Positions 51,249-62,794 of a stretch of 64,000 nucleotides of DNA are shown here, one piece after another (positions within the stretch are counted from its first letter, which is position 1; every line of letters starts with the position of its first letter). The notes beneath the pieces were generated by a model that had not been told where the DNA came from, searched no databases, and saw nothing but the letters and a program-made list of their open reading frames with translations. The stretch lies in NCBI GenBank assembly GCA_009914755.4, contig CP086569.2, forward strand, positions 16,160,001 to 16,224,000. The letters run 5' to 3'. Source of the stretch: the human T2T-CHM13v2.0 reference genome, Homo sapiens. The translations under genes were made by a program, and so were the position numbers.

Positions 51249-52184
51249 AGGCCTCCTTTTTAAGAACTCAGAATGACAAGCAAAATTCCGTCGTTTTTAA
51301 GGGCACTTATGGAGCACCGTTCAGACTGGAAAGACCACAGATCTATGGCCCCGAGCCTTCTCTACTCAAAATAAGAAGGCTGTAAAGGACAGGCATCAGG
51401 TCTTCTGTGCTGGTGATATGTCTCATACTGAGAAAGCACTCAATCCTTTTGTTAAATGAAGGCATGAGTCGATGAATACCACTGTCTCCTACACATTCAG
51501 TTCAGATGAATAATATAATGGATCATTTGCCAATTCCCAAAGATGTTCATTTTACATTCAGAAGTCTGAAAGAAGAAATAAATGCTTTTTTTCCAACAAC
51601 TTTTTCTTATGTCACTTTATAGCACATCAGATGATTCATTAAAGTGAAAATTTTAAAAAGAACCACTGAAAGGGATGGGTTTTTTTCCCACAGTGTCTTT
51701 ATATTTTCTTAATTCCATTTGAATAACTCACTGTAAGTTCTCTACAGGAAGAGAATCACATATCAGAATTTCCCAAAAGTTAACTTGAAGAGTGTATAGG
51801 TATGAAGCACAGCCATTCCAATATTTTAGACACTATGGTGTGATTTCCAGATGGTCCTTTCCATGATTACATCTACAGTTTGAAATGTCAAAACTATGGC
51901 CTACATTGCCAATGTTGGCTGATTATTTATTTGCAAAGGGTGGTGGATGGGATATGGTCACTTAAAATATTAACTAAAGACTAGCACCATCCAACAGAAA
52001 CATAACACAAGCCACAAACAGGAGCCATGAAAATAATTTTAAATTTTCTCATAATCTCATTTTAAAAAGTAAAATGAATAAGTGAAGCTAAATTCAATAA
52101 CATATTTTATATAAGCCATTATACCCAAAATATGATCATTTCAGTATGTAAATAATTTTATTATGATTATTATTTTAAAGAAAG

Positions 52185-52335
52185 AGTCTGTTATGTTGCC
52201 CTGGTTGGAGTGCAGTGGCATTCACAGTCATGACCAACGCACACTATAGCCTGTAATTCCTGGCCTCAGGTGATTATTTTGCCTCCACTTCCCACACAAC
52301 CAGGAATATAGGCACGTGCCACAGTGCCTGGCTAT
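52185..52335 (-). mobile_element. Partial Alu (left monomer), minus orientation
   Basis: 'agagtctgttatgttgccctggttggagtgcagtggcattcacagtcatgaccaacgcacactatagcctgtaattcctggcctcaggtgattattttgcctcc...ggcacgtgccacagtgcctggc'. Confidence 0.7.
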
Positions 52336-54094
52336 ATGTCAATAATGTTTTAGAAATTATTGGAATATTTTACATTCTCTTTCTTGTACTAAATTATTGA
52401 AATCTGGTGTATGTTTTGCATATAGAGTACATCTCAATTTGGACTGTTGTCCAAAAGACGACCAGAATGGTTAAATAGAAGGACAGCTTTACTGGTGATA
52501 TCAGTTTGGAAATCAGGGAGGATACGCTCCCATGTGGACCAAATGTGCTCTGTCTTCAAGGACAGAAGGGGCAGGTTAGGTTTTATGCCTCACAGGTTCT
52601 GTATTACACAGTGGAGTTACACATATTCAGCAGGTTTGGAGGGAAAGCTATACATATTTATGATGGGGGTGAGTGCATGTGCAATGAGTAAACACATACA
52701 TAATATATATCTCATGTTCACTTTGGGGCGTGGTTTCACATTAAAATGAGCTAGAACTTGGCTCCTCACATGAAGAGGTGAATTATAGGACGCAAATCCA
52801 ATTTGCTCACAGCTTCTATAGACTAGCTGAAACTGGTATAAGGTCTACGATTGCTTATCAGAAAAGAATGTTTATAAGGGTGGTCCTCCATCCAATCAGT
52901 TACACTTGTCTGGGTTGTAAACCAGAATTGGGAGAGGTTTGATAGATCCTCTTGTTAGGGAGTTTAGCAAGGATATGGTTCTGCAACCACAGGGATTTAG
53001 GAAGTTGTCATTCCAGCCTAGACCTAAACCCTTGACCAGTAGGTAAGTTTTGTCTCCTCAATCCTGGGGTCCATCTTAGTTGACAGAGTGGGGTCTATTC
53101 TGGTCTCTCAGATCCCAGGACTCACAGTGTTCTAAGTGCCCATACCCACATGCAGTGAGTGGCCACCATATTGGATCATTCAAGTCGAGTTTATCTTGTT
53201 GGGGACCTTAGTGGCAGGTAGAGTTGAAATTAGTGAATAGGGTTCAAAATAGAGAAGCGAATATCTTCCATAGATGGTTCATCCAATGGAGATTCCTTTT
53301 GTTAATATGCTACATCCTTCCTGCTCATAATGTAATACCGGAGTTCTCTGTTGGTATCCATGTTTGTGGCTGACTGTTCTGTGGCAGAAAAACTATGATT
53401 TGGAACATTCCAAAGAAGTGAACTTAGATGAAGTTAAAAGGATAAGAAAGGAGGCTTTGAGTGTAGAAGAAACTTTATTTGTTGGGAGAATGAAGAGTTG
53501 GTCTAGGCCCAGCCCCACTTTTTGGAACCGCACAATGTGACACTTGCCAAGACATGTTTCTATTTTCCACTCACTACATCTTTGGTCTTTGTTCCCCTAA
53601 TCAAACTAGGAATCAATACTGGTTTCCTTTGCCTACCTGCAATGCATTATCACTAATTTAGTGCCACATTTATCATCCCACAGTTTTGAAGGGCAGAAGT
53701 CCTAAATGAATTTCACTGGGTTAAAACTAGTGTCAGTAAACACATTTATTCTGGAGGATCTGTGGGGGAATCTATTCCCTGCCTTTTTACAGCTTCTAGA
53801 CCTAACCTGAATTCCTTGTGTCCTGGCCTTCTTCTATCTTTGAAGCCAGCAAAAGTTAGCCAAGAATTTCTCAAATCACATCATTTGATTCTTCTATTTC
53901 TCTCTTCCTCATTTAAAGAATCTCTGCAATTCCACTGGGCCCACCCAGATAATCCAGTTAATCTCCCTAATTTAAGGTCAACTGATTAAAAACCTTAACT
54001 TCATCTCAACTTGAATTACCTTTGTCACGTAAGGTAACATATTCAAATATCCTGGGAATTAAGATGTAGATATTTAGGAATAGAGGTCTTAATT

Positions 54095-54121
54095 TTTTTT
54101 TTTTTTTTTTTTTTTTTGCCA
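54095..54121. repeat. Poly(T) tract of about 27 nt
   Basis: 'aatttttttttttttttttttttttttgcc'. Confidence 0.95.
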
Positions 54122-54980
54122 ATCTCAGGCTTCATTGTCAATGCTGTTGTGTTTGCTGAAGCCATATGTTCTGAAACCAAATGCACAACGAAAGTAATAA
54201 ATGTCTGCCTCCAGAGTATAGGTATATTTTAATTTTTTGTCAACTATTCATAACATTTATTTCTCATTCTTATTATAGTTTACACCTATTGCCTGGACCA
54301 AAGTGATTACTGTATGTCTTAAATATTTTTTAGTTTTAAAATAAGTGGCTGATTTTCTGTATAAGACAACTATCTATATAAAATCATCTCAACCTTCCCA
54401 TCAAAAATAGCTTTTAACATATCTTTCTAAATTCTCCCTCATTCAGAGACTTGAAACTGTTGCATTAGAGCACAGAATGATTTTTCCCATAAGACATATG
54501 GAAGAAGCGATGCTAAGAAATATTATAACACTTTTAGTCATTTGGTAAATGTGTCAGTTTCGGGTACAGAACTACATACTAAACAGCAGATGTTCTTACT
54601 CTTAGCAACATCTCTGGAGCTTCCACATTTAGAAGAGTACATTGCTTCTTAAAATTATGTGCACAACTCATTGAATTTTAAATGAGTGTACCTTATTTTA
54701 AACAAAAGAAAATAACTAATTGCCATTTGATGGAGCACTCCCTCAGATGCCTATATCAGGACAGATATGCAAAAAAAAGTGGAACAAATTTACACAAACC
54801 TCGTAAGTCAAAATATATGTACATCTAAGCATACTGAGTTGATTAAGATAAGAAAACACACTTTTTTTTCTTGAGGGTTTAGAGGTAAATTTATAGCTCA
54901 CTGTAAAATAGAACATCAAATCTGCTATCAAAACAAGTACTCACAGCAACAGAAATGTAAGTTTGTTTTTCTATTTTTAA

Positions 54981-55722
<742 letters not shown>

Positions 55723-56719
55723 CCAAAACTGGTTTTTTAATGCAGTGTTTGCTACAAGGAGTGCACCCTTGTCACAGGAGCAAAAGTGTGTTTTTAAATA
55801 TCAAATAAAGAGAATTCATTCCACTCACTTGTATTTACTTAGCTCCAGGGCCTCCTCATATAACGCGTGAACGCATGTTGACCTGCCAGGGTAAGAGAGA
55901 GGGGGATCAATTTGTGATTTGCCTGAGTAAGATTGTGCTTCCTTGTGACTCCTAAGGACTGCATTTTTAGCGCTGCCTCCACCTGCATATGAAGTTTACT
56001 CGTGCAAAGATGAAGATGAGAGAAGATCCACTCTCAGGGGAAGGGCACGTCAAATTCAGTCAATTCTTTTGACAACTGTGTGTGAGAACTAAAACAAAGT
56101 AGCTCACTTTGAGATCTGAGGCACAGCAATTAACAAGATAGATGAGATTCCCAGCTCAGTGGGACTCACATTATGGTGGAGAAAAATAAAATGTCATGGA
56201 AACTCACACAGAGCAGGATATCACCCATCTTGCTCTGGGAATGAAAACTTCAGCTGGAACTGGAGTGAGGAAAAGAAGTCCATCAGGCCCCAGAGGGTGG
56301 GCGTAGGGTCACATTGAGAGGGATGGTTTCAGTTGGAAGAAGGCTCCATACTCATAATGTGTTCAGATTATTTTCATTGTTCTCCAGAAGGCACAAGTAG
56401 TATTCCAAAATACCTGCTTATACTGAATATTCCCACCAAGTTTTCCATTTTCCAATTGCTGAGAGCCATAAGAAGTCTTCTGTAAATAAGATCTAGGTCA
56501 TCTAAGTCAATCTACTAAATTTTCCCCTGAGAACACATTGACCCCTACCTTTCAAAGTTATTGTCAAAGCTGCTGTATCTTTGTTGTTTTATGTTCAACA
56601 ACAAATGCTTGTTTATTAAATGTCTTCTTTAAGCTGGATAATGCTCCAGGCATGGCAGATTCAACACTAAGCAAGGAATGCAACACCCTCACCTTCTTGG
56701 GGGTTACAGAGAAGCCAGG

Positions 56720-57050
56720 GTGATGGTGGTGGTGGCAGTGGTGGTGGTGATGGTAATGATAATGGTGATGATTGTAGTGATAACAGTGGTGATGGTGATG
56801 GTGGTGGTAGTGATGATGGTGGTGATGTTGGTGATGGTTTGATGGTGATGGTGACGATGCTGATGATGGTGATAATTGTGGATGGTGATGATGATAGTGG
56901 TAGTGGTGATGGTGTTGGTGATGATGGTGGCAATGGTGCTGTTGATGGATGCTGATGATGATGGTGATAATGGTGGTTGGTCATGGTGATGGTGGTGATG
57001 GTGCTGAAGGTGGAGGTGGTGGTGTTTATGGTAGTGACAATGGTGGTTGT
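56720..57050. repeat. Degenerate (GGTGAT)n/(GGTGGT)n minisatellite of about 330 bp. A shorter related block lies at about 57425-57490.
   Basis: 'ggtgatggtggtggtggcagtggtggtggtgatggtaatgataatggtgatgattgtagtgataacagtggtgatggtgatggtggtggtagtgatgatggtggtgatgttggtgatgg...'. Confidence 0.9.
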
Positions 57051-57420
57051 CTTAGTCCATTTTGTGTTGCTATTACTGAATACCACAGACTGGTTAATTT
57101 ACAATAAACAGTAATGCGTTTGGCTCATGGTTCTGGAGACTAGAAATTCCAACAGCATGACACCAGTATGTGGTGAGGAACTTTGTGCAGTACAATTCAA
57201 TGATGGAGGGCAAAAGGGAAAGAGGGTTGAGCTTGCTTTTATAACAAAGCCACTCTCAGCATAACTAACCAACTCTCATTATAATGACATTACTCCATTT
57301 ATAAGGACAACATGACCTAATCACCTCTTCTTAGGCCTACCTCCCAGTACAATCCCATTGAATGTACTGTGATTTGTTTTCAGCACATGACCTTTGGGGG
57401 ACACATTCAAACCATAGCAC
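57045..57420 (-). mobile_element. MaLR LTR of THE1/MST type, minus orientation, abutting the minisatellite
   Basis: 'ggttgtcttagtccattttgtgttgctattactgaataccacagactggttaatttacaataaacag...ggctcatggttctggagactagaaattccaacagcatgacaccag...gacctaatcacctcttcttaggcctacctcccagtacaatcccattgaatgtactgtgatttgttttcagcacatgacctttgggggacacattcaaaccatagca'. Confidence 0.75.
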
Positions 57421-58954
57421 TAGTGATGTCAGTGAGGTTGGTAGTGTTGGTGGTAGATGGTGAAAGTGGAGGTGGCAGTGGTGTTTTGGAGTTGGGCAAC
57501 AACATTGCACATTAGTGTATAAGAAAAATAACAGCAGTATATACTAAACAGAAAGTGGAAAATATAAAATGTAATGCAGTGGACCTGGGCTGCTACTTCA
57601 AATGAATGGCCAAGAAAGACCTCTTAAACATAGTGACATTTAAGCCAAGATCTCAAAGATGAGTGGCCTCACCAAGGGAATCCTGTGCTCCATATCCATG
57701 ATTAAGATTATGTTGTACAGGTCTAAATGTTCAAGAATGTTAGTAATAGAGCATAAGCTCCTATAAAGTTTATGGTCAAAATATGAATGAGCTGGTTCTC
57801 CTGACAACTTTTTCCATCACACCACTAAACTCTATACAAGATAAAGGATTCAAATTAGTATTTAACACTTATTTTAAAGTCCACTTTGTGTCTCTCTACT
57901 CAATCATCTTTTCTTAGTTTTCTAGAAAGTTTTTCTGTTCCTATGAGCTTGGTGTAAGTAGAAAGCCTACTTCGTTTATTCTGGCATCTTATATTATTGA
58001 GAATATCTCTGCAAAATTGCATGTCATCTGTATAAAATAGTCTTTTTCTGGCCACTTCCTAACTATTAATTTAGCTGCCTTTGTGTGTTTTTAAATGAGG
58101 AACAAGCCGCCTAGTCTTCAGCTATGAAATGGAAAAATTACAGGGTAAGCAAATCAGTCACTCTTACCTTTTAGCCTTTGTCTTAATCCTCATTCACCTT
58201 TCCAATCTACTTTCAACTTGACACTGCTAATTTCCTGGCAAAGTATTAATTCCAAACCTAGAGAAGAAAAATTGCTAAAGCTTCACTGCAGTAGTGACTG
58301 TTGGTGCCCTGTTCATGTTCATTCTGCCATTTTATCCTTCAGGACACCTGTTGCCCATTTGAGAAGAATACTGCCTGCTAGCAGCTCAGAGCTGCACCAT
58401 CTGCTCTCAGCCAAGTGAAAATACCTGAGAGTTTACATTTCTCCCCAGAACATCCTAAAGCCTATGACTGACATGAGATTGTTTCACTGATCTATTGATA
58501 CATAGCAAACCAACCCATACCTAGTGGAATAAAACAACTACCATTTTCTTTGCTTATAAATTGAGTGGGTTGGTGATTTGGACTGGGCATATTGGGCAGA
58601 ATCTGTCCTGATCCATGATGTATATACAGCCTCAACGGGGAAGACTCCAATAAGTGGGAGTGACCTGAAAAATTGGAAACTGGAATTATCTAGAGATTTA
58701 TTTCCTCGCTTTCTTGTGCTTGGGCTAGCAAGACTCAAAATCTGGGCTCAGATGGGGCTGTTGAGAACACCTGCACATTGCTTCTCCATGTAGTTTGAGG
58801 TCCTTACAGCATGGCAGCCTCTAATTACCTGGATTTATACTGTGGTGAGTTGAAATTCCAGCAGTGAGTATGTCAGCAAACAAGGGAGAGCCCCTTTGGC
58901 CTTTTACGATCCAGCCTCAAAAGTCACATGGTATCCAGTAAGCACATGCAAGAT

Positions 58955-59995
58955 CCTCAACATCACTAATCACTAGGGAAATACAAATCAAAACCACAAA
59001 GAGATTTCCTTTGCATCAATTAGCATGACTAGTATTAAAAAAATTACCCAGAAAGTAACAAGTGCTGCTGAAAAAGTGGAAAAATTAGAAAGCTTGTACT
59101 ATTTGGAGAGTGTAAAATGGTGCAGCCATATGGAAAACCATTGAAATTCCTCTAAAAATTAAAAATAGGATTATGATATAAGCTATCAATTCTACTTTTA
59201 GATATATACTCCAAAGAACTGAAATCAGGGTATCAAAAACATAGTTGTCCATTCATGTTCATAGCAGCACTTTTTACAATGGCCAAAAGGGGGAAGCAAC
59301 CCAGGCGTCCACCAATGGAAAAACAAATAAACAAAATTTTCCCTACCCATACAGTAGAGTATTATTCAGCCTTAAAAGAAAAGGAGATTCTGACACATGC
59401 TACAACATGTATGTACTAGGAGGACATTATACTTAGTGAAATAAGCTAGTCGCAAACGACAAGTTATTTAATGAATACAGTGTCTAATTTTGCAAGGTGT
59501 ACAGAGTTCTGGAGATGGGAGGTGATGGTCACTGTATGACAACACAAACTTAACGCTATTGACCTGTTGATATGGTTTTCCTTGTCCCCACCTAAATCTC
59601 ATCTTGAATTTCCACATGTTATTCAAGGAACCCAGTGGGAGGTATTTGAATTATGAGGGCAGATATTTCCCATGTTGTTCTTATGATAGTGAATAAGTCT
59701 CACAAGATCTGATGGTTTTATAAGGGGAGTTCCCCTGCACAAGCGCTTTTCTCTTTGCCTACCATCATTCATGTAAGATGTGACCTGCTCCTCCTTGCTT
59801 TCCACCATGATTGTGAGGTCTCCCCAACCACATGGAACTGTGAGTCAATTAAATCTTTCTTTTATAAATTGCCCAGGCTCAGGTATGTGTTTATCAGCAG
59901 CATGAAAGTGGACTAATACAACTGTACATTTAAAAACGGTGAAGATGGTAACTTTTATGTCACATGTGTTTTACAACAACTAAAACTTATTTTAA
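58955..59995 (+). mobile_element. 3' end of an older L1 (L1M/L1PB-like): ORF2 C-terminus plus 3' UTR, plus orientation, split by a THE1 LTR at 59565-59925
   Basis: ORF2-like '[17 protein letters not shown]...', 'SIHVHSSTFYNGQKGEATQASTNGKTNKQNFPYPYSRVLFSLKRKGDSDTCYNMYVLGGHYT' (L1 '...FIAALFTIAKTW.QPKCPS.DEWIKKM..IYTMEYYSAIKK.EI..FA.TWM.LE.I.LSE'). The 3' UTR reads 'gtgaaataagctagtcgcaaacgacaagttatttaatgaatacagtgtctaattttgcaaggtgtacagagttctggagatgggaggtgatggtcactgtatgacaacacaaacttaacgctattgacctgt', and after the LTR 'actgtacatttaaaaacggtgaagatggtaacttttatgtcacatgtgttttacaacaactaaaa'. Confidence 0.7.
59565..59925 (+). mobile_element. THE1-type MaLR solo LTR inserted into the L1 3' UTR, with a candidate 5-bp TSD (cctgt/actgt)
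   Basis: 'tgatatggttttccttgtccccacctaaatctcatcttgaatttccacatgttattcaaggaacccagtgggaggtatttgaattatgagggcagatatttcccatgttgttcttatgatagtgaataagtctcacaagatctgatggttttataaggggagttcccctgcacaagcgc...ccatgattgtgaggtctccccaaccacatggaactgtgagtcaattaaatctttcttttataaattgcccaggctcaggtatgtgtttatcagcagcatgaaagtggactaataca' is nearly co-linear with the THE1B/MSTA consensus. Confidence 0.85.
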
Positions 59996-60124
59996 AGTGT
60001 CTTGTCATGTCCCTGTCACCATATTCTATTGTTGGAAGCAATCACTCTTCTGGCAATATTCAAGGGCAGGGGATGCAAACCCTGTCTCTTCATGAGAAGA
60101 GTGTCATAAATTTGCTGGGGTAGA

Positions 60125-60285
60125 TGTTGGTTTTTTAGAGACAGAATCTTTCTCTGTTGCCCAGGCTGGAGTGCACAGGTGCAGTCATAGCTGTCTGCAA
60201 CCTTAAGTTCCTGGGCTCAAGTGACTCTTGCCTCAGCCTCCCAGCTAGTTGGGATTATAGGCAGGCACTACCACACTTGGTTACT
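60125..60285 (-). mobile_element. Partial Alu, minus orientation
   Basis: 'gagacagaatctttctctgttgcccaggctggagtgcacaggtgcagtcatagctgtctgcaaccttaagttcctgggctcaagtgactcttgcctcagcctcccagctagttgggattataggcaggcactaccacacttgg'. Confidence 0.75.
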
Positions 60286-60664
60286 TGTTTTATTTTTATA
60301 GTATCTAAGCAGTTGGCAGGTGTGTGAGGTGGAATGTTCCACATGCATGCATTTATCCATCCTTACTCTATTAAGCCAACTGAGTGGATATTTCCTTGCT
60401 TTGCCACCAGCTCATAGGAATGAGATTATAAAGGAGCTCTCTTGACCTTTCCACCATGTTAAAATACACCAAGAAGTCACCATCCGTGAACCAGAAAGTG
60501 GGGCTGCACCAGTCACTGTATTTGCCAAAGCTTAATCTTGAAATTTCCAGTCTCCAGAATTTTGAGCAATAAATTTATGCATAGGAATGGTGGGTCATTG
60601 AACCTCATGCTCTGTGATTTTTGCAGGTGTTCACTGCAAGCCATGCCTGGTTAAACTACTGTGC

Positions 60665-61750
60665 CTTTTCTTTTCTTTTCTTTTCTTTTCTTTTCTTTTC
60701 TTTTCTTTTCTTTCTTTTTAAAACTTTTTACTTCAGTAGAATTTTGGGGGGAATGGGTGGTGTTTGGTTACATGAACAAGTTCTTTAGTGGTGATTTCTG
60801 AGATTTTGGTGCACCATCACTGAAGTAGTATACATTTTACCCAATATGTAGTCTTTTATCCCTCACCATCCTGCCACCCTTCCCTTGAGTTCCCAAAGTC
60901 CCCAAAAGTTTATTGTGTCATTCCTATGCTTTTGCATCCTCAGAGGTTAGCTCCTACTTATGAGTGAGAACATATAAGACTTCGTTTTTCATTCTAGGTG
61001 AAGTGAGTTGCTTCACTTAGAATAACAGTCTCTAATTCCACCCAGGCTCCTACCAATGCCATTATTTAATTCCTTTTTATGGTTGAGTAGTATGCCATTG
61101 CAACAAAAGCCAAAATTGACAAAAGGGATCTAATCAAACTAAAGAACTTCTGCACAGCAAAAGAAAGTATTATCAGAGTTAACAGGCAACGTAGAGAATG
61201 GGAGAAAATGTTTGCAATCTACCCATCTGACAAAGTTCTAGTATCCAGAATGTACAAGGAACTTAAAATCAATAACCCCATCAAAAAGTGGGCAAAGAAT
61301 ATGAACAGACACTTCTCAGGAGAAGACATTTTTGAAGAAAAGCTCATCATCATTAGAGAAATACAAATCAAAACCACAATGAGATACCACCTCACGCCAG
61401 TTACAATGACGACCATTAAAAAGTCAAGAAACAACAGATGCTGGAGAGGATGTAGAGAAATAGGAATGCTTTTACACTGTTCATGGGAGTGTAAATTAGT
61501 TCAACCATTGTGGAAGACACTGTGGAGATTCCTCAAGGATCTAGAAACAGAAATATCATTTGACCCAGCAATTCCATTACTGAGTGTATACCCAAAGCAT
61601 TATAAATCATTCTATTATAATGACACATGCACATTTATGTTTCTTGCAGCACTGTTCACAGTAGAAAAGACTTGGAAACAATCCAAATGCCCATCCATGA
61701 TAGGCTGGATAAAGAAAATGAGGCACTTATACACCATGGAATACTATGGT
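60665..61750 (-). mobile_element. L1 3' end, minus orientation. Its upstream (5') portion is inverted, the arrangement expected from twin priming. It has an (AAAAG)n tail, seen as (TTTTC)n at 60665-60718.
   Basis: Segment A (60720-61110) is the reverse complement of the L1 ORF2 end plus 3' UTR ('...caatggcatactactcaaccataaaaaggaat...cataagtaggagctaacctctgaggatgcaaaagcataggaatgacacaataaac...'), with the tail RC '(ttttc)n'. Segment B (61110-61748) is the plus-strand L1 ORF2 C-terminus '[40 protein letters not shown]...[131 protein letters not shown]'. The two segments meet at nearly adjacent L1 positions (MEYY | AYYST). Confidence 0.75.
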
Positions 61751-62491
61751 ATCTATCCCTGGAGGCTTGATTTGGCAGGTTATGAGTGGGAACCAGGAAT
61801 CTCTCTAGATGAATCTGATGAGATGATGGATTTGGAAAAATAAAGGTCTGTATTATTCCAAGATGGTATGAAAGCTTCTATACTCCACTGGGGACATGGG
61901 GTTGGGTAATTACCCTATTAATGACCCTATGATGCTCCCTGTGTTAGTATGTTTGTTTGAATTTTCTCCAATTAATTTTGCCTTTTGTGAGTTGATTTTT
62001 CAGAGCAAAAAGGGAATGTTTTCCCATGGCCTCTGCAAGGATAATAAATTCAGATGTAACATAAAAAATTTTGGAAATTTTGGGAGAATTTATACTTTTA
62101 AATATCCAAGAATTTGTCTTAGGAAAAAAAAAGGAATAGTATTGGAAGGAGGATGCAGGAAGAATGAGAGAGAAACAGAGATACAGAGATTGGGGAAAGT
62201 GAGGTTGAAGGAGGGTTTGTACACATCTGACATGCTGGAGAGATAGTGAGGAGATCAATTGGGGGAATGTGAGCTTAGGCAGTTCTAGTGTGTGCCTATT
62301 CGAGACACTGGTGAAATAATGGAATTATCTTTTTAGAGCTTCTCTGGATATAGGAGATGGTTTCCATTTGAATGGAATGCTGCCATGCTGAGCCAGGAAA
62401 TAAGGCTTTCCTTAAAGGTGCCTTATAGATCATCAACCTTTTGAAAAACTTGCCAATCAGTGACCTTGCTGCATCTGCACTCAACTATTTA

Positions 62492-62535
62492 GGTTGGTGC
62501 ACAGGTAATTTAAGTTTTGCCATTACTTTCTTCCT
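62492..62535. mobile_element. Short MADE1/Hsmar1-like terminal fragment
   Basis: 'ttaggttggtgcacaggtaatttaagttttgccattactttc' against the MADE1 start 'ttaggttggtgcaaaagtaattgcggtttttgccattaaaag'. Confidence 0.5.
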
Positions 62536-62794
62536 TTTCTTTTTAATTTGATGATTTTTAGTAAATTTACCAATCTGTGTGGTTATCAACACAATCCAGT
62601 TTTAGAACATTTCCATCACTCTGGCAAGATGCTGTATGCCAATTTACAGTTAATCCTTGTTCCTGTTCTCTGTCTCAGAAAATCGCTATTCTCTGTTGTC
62701 TTTAGAAGTTTGCATTTTCTGAACATTTTAAAAATGGAATCATGCAATATGTAGGTTTTTGTGTGTGCCTTCTTTAGTTCAGCACAATGTTTTT

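Noticed and set aside
56667-57086. 139-aa minus-strand ORF
   Set aside because: It is a translation of the (GGTGAT)n minisatellite (His-, Pro-, Ser- and Thr-rich low complexity). The triplet periodicity holds it open. There is no start context and no domain.
61208-61843. 211-aa plus-strand ORF, the longest in the track
   Set aside because: It is the C-terminal part of L1 ORF2 ('...[14 protein letters not shown]...[14 protein letters not shown]...[26 protein letters not shown]...'), an internal Met-initiated fragment of a 5'-truncated and inverted L1. It is not a host gene. The last 35 or so codons run into non-L1 flanking sequence by chance.
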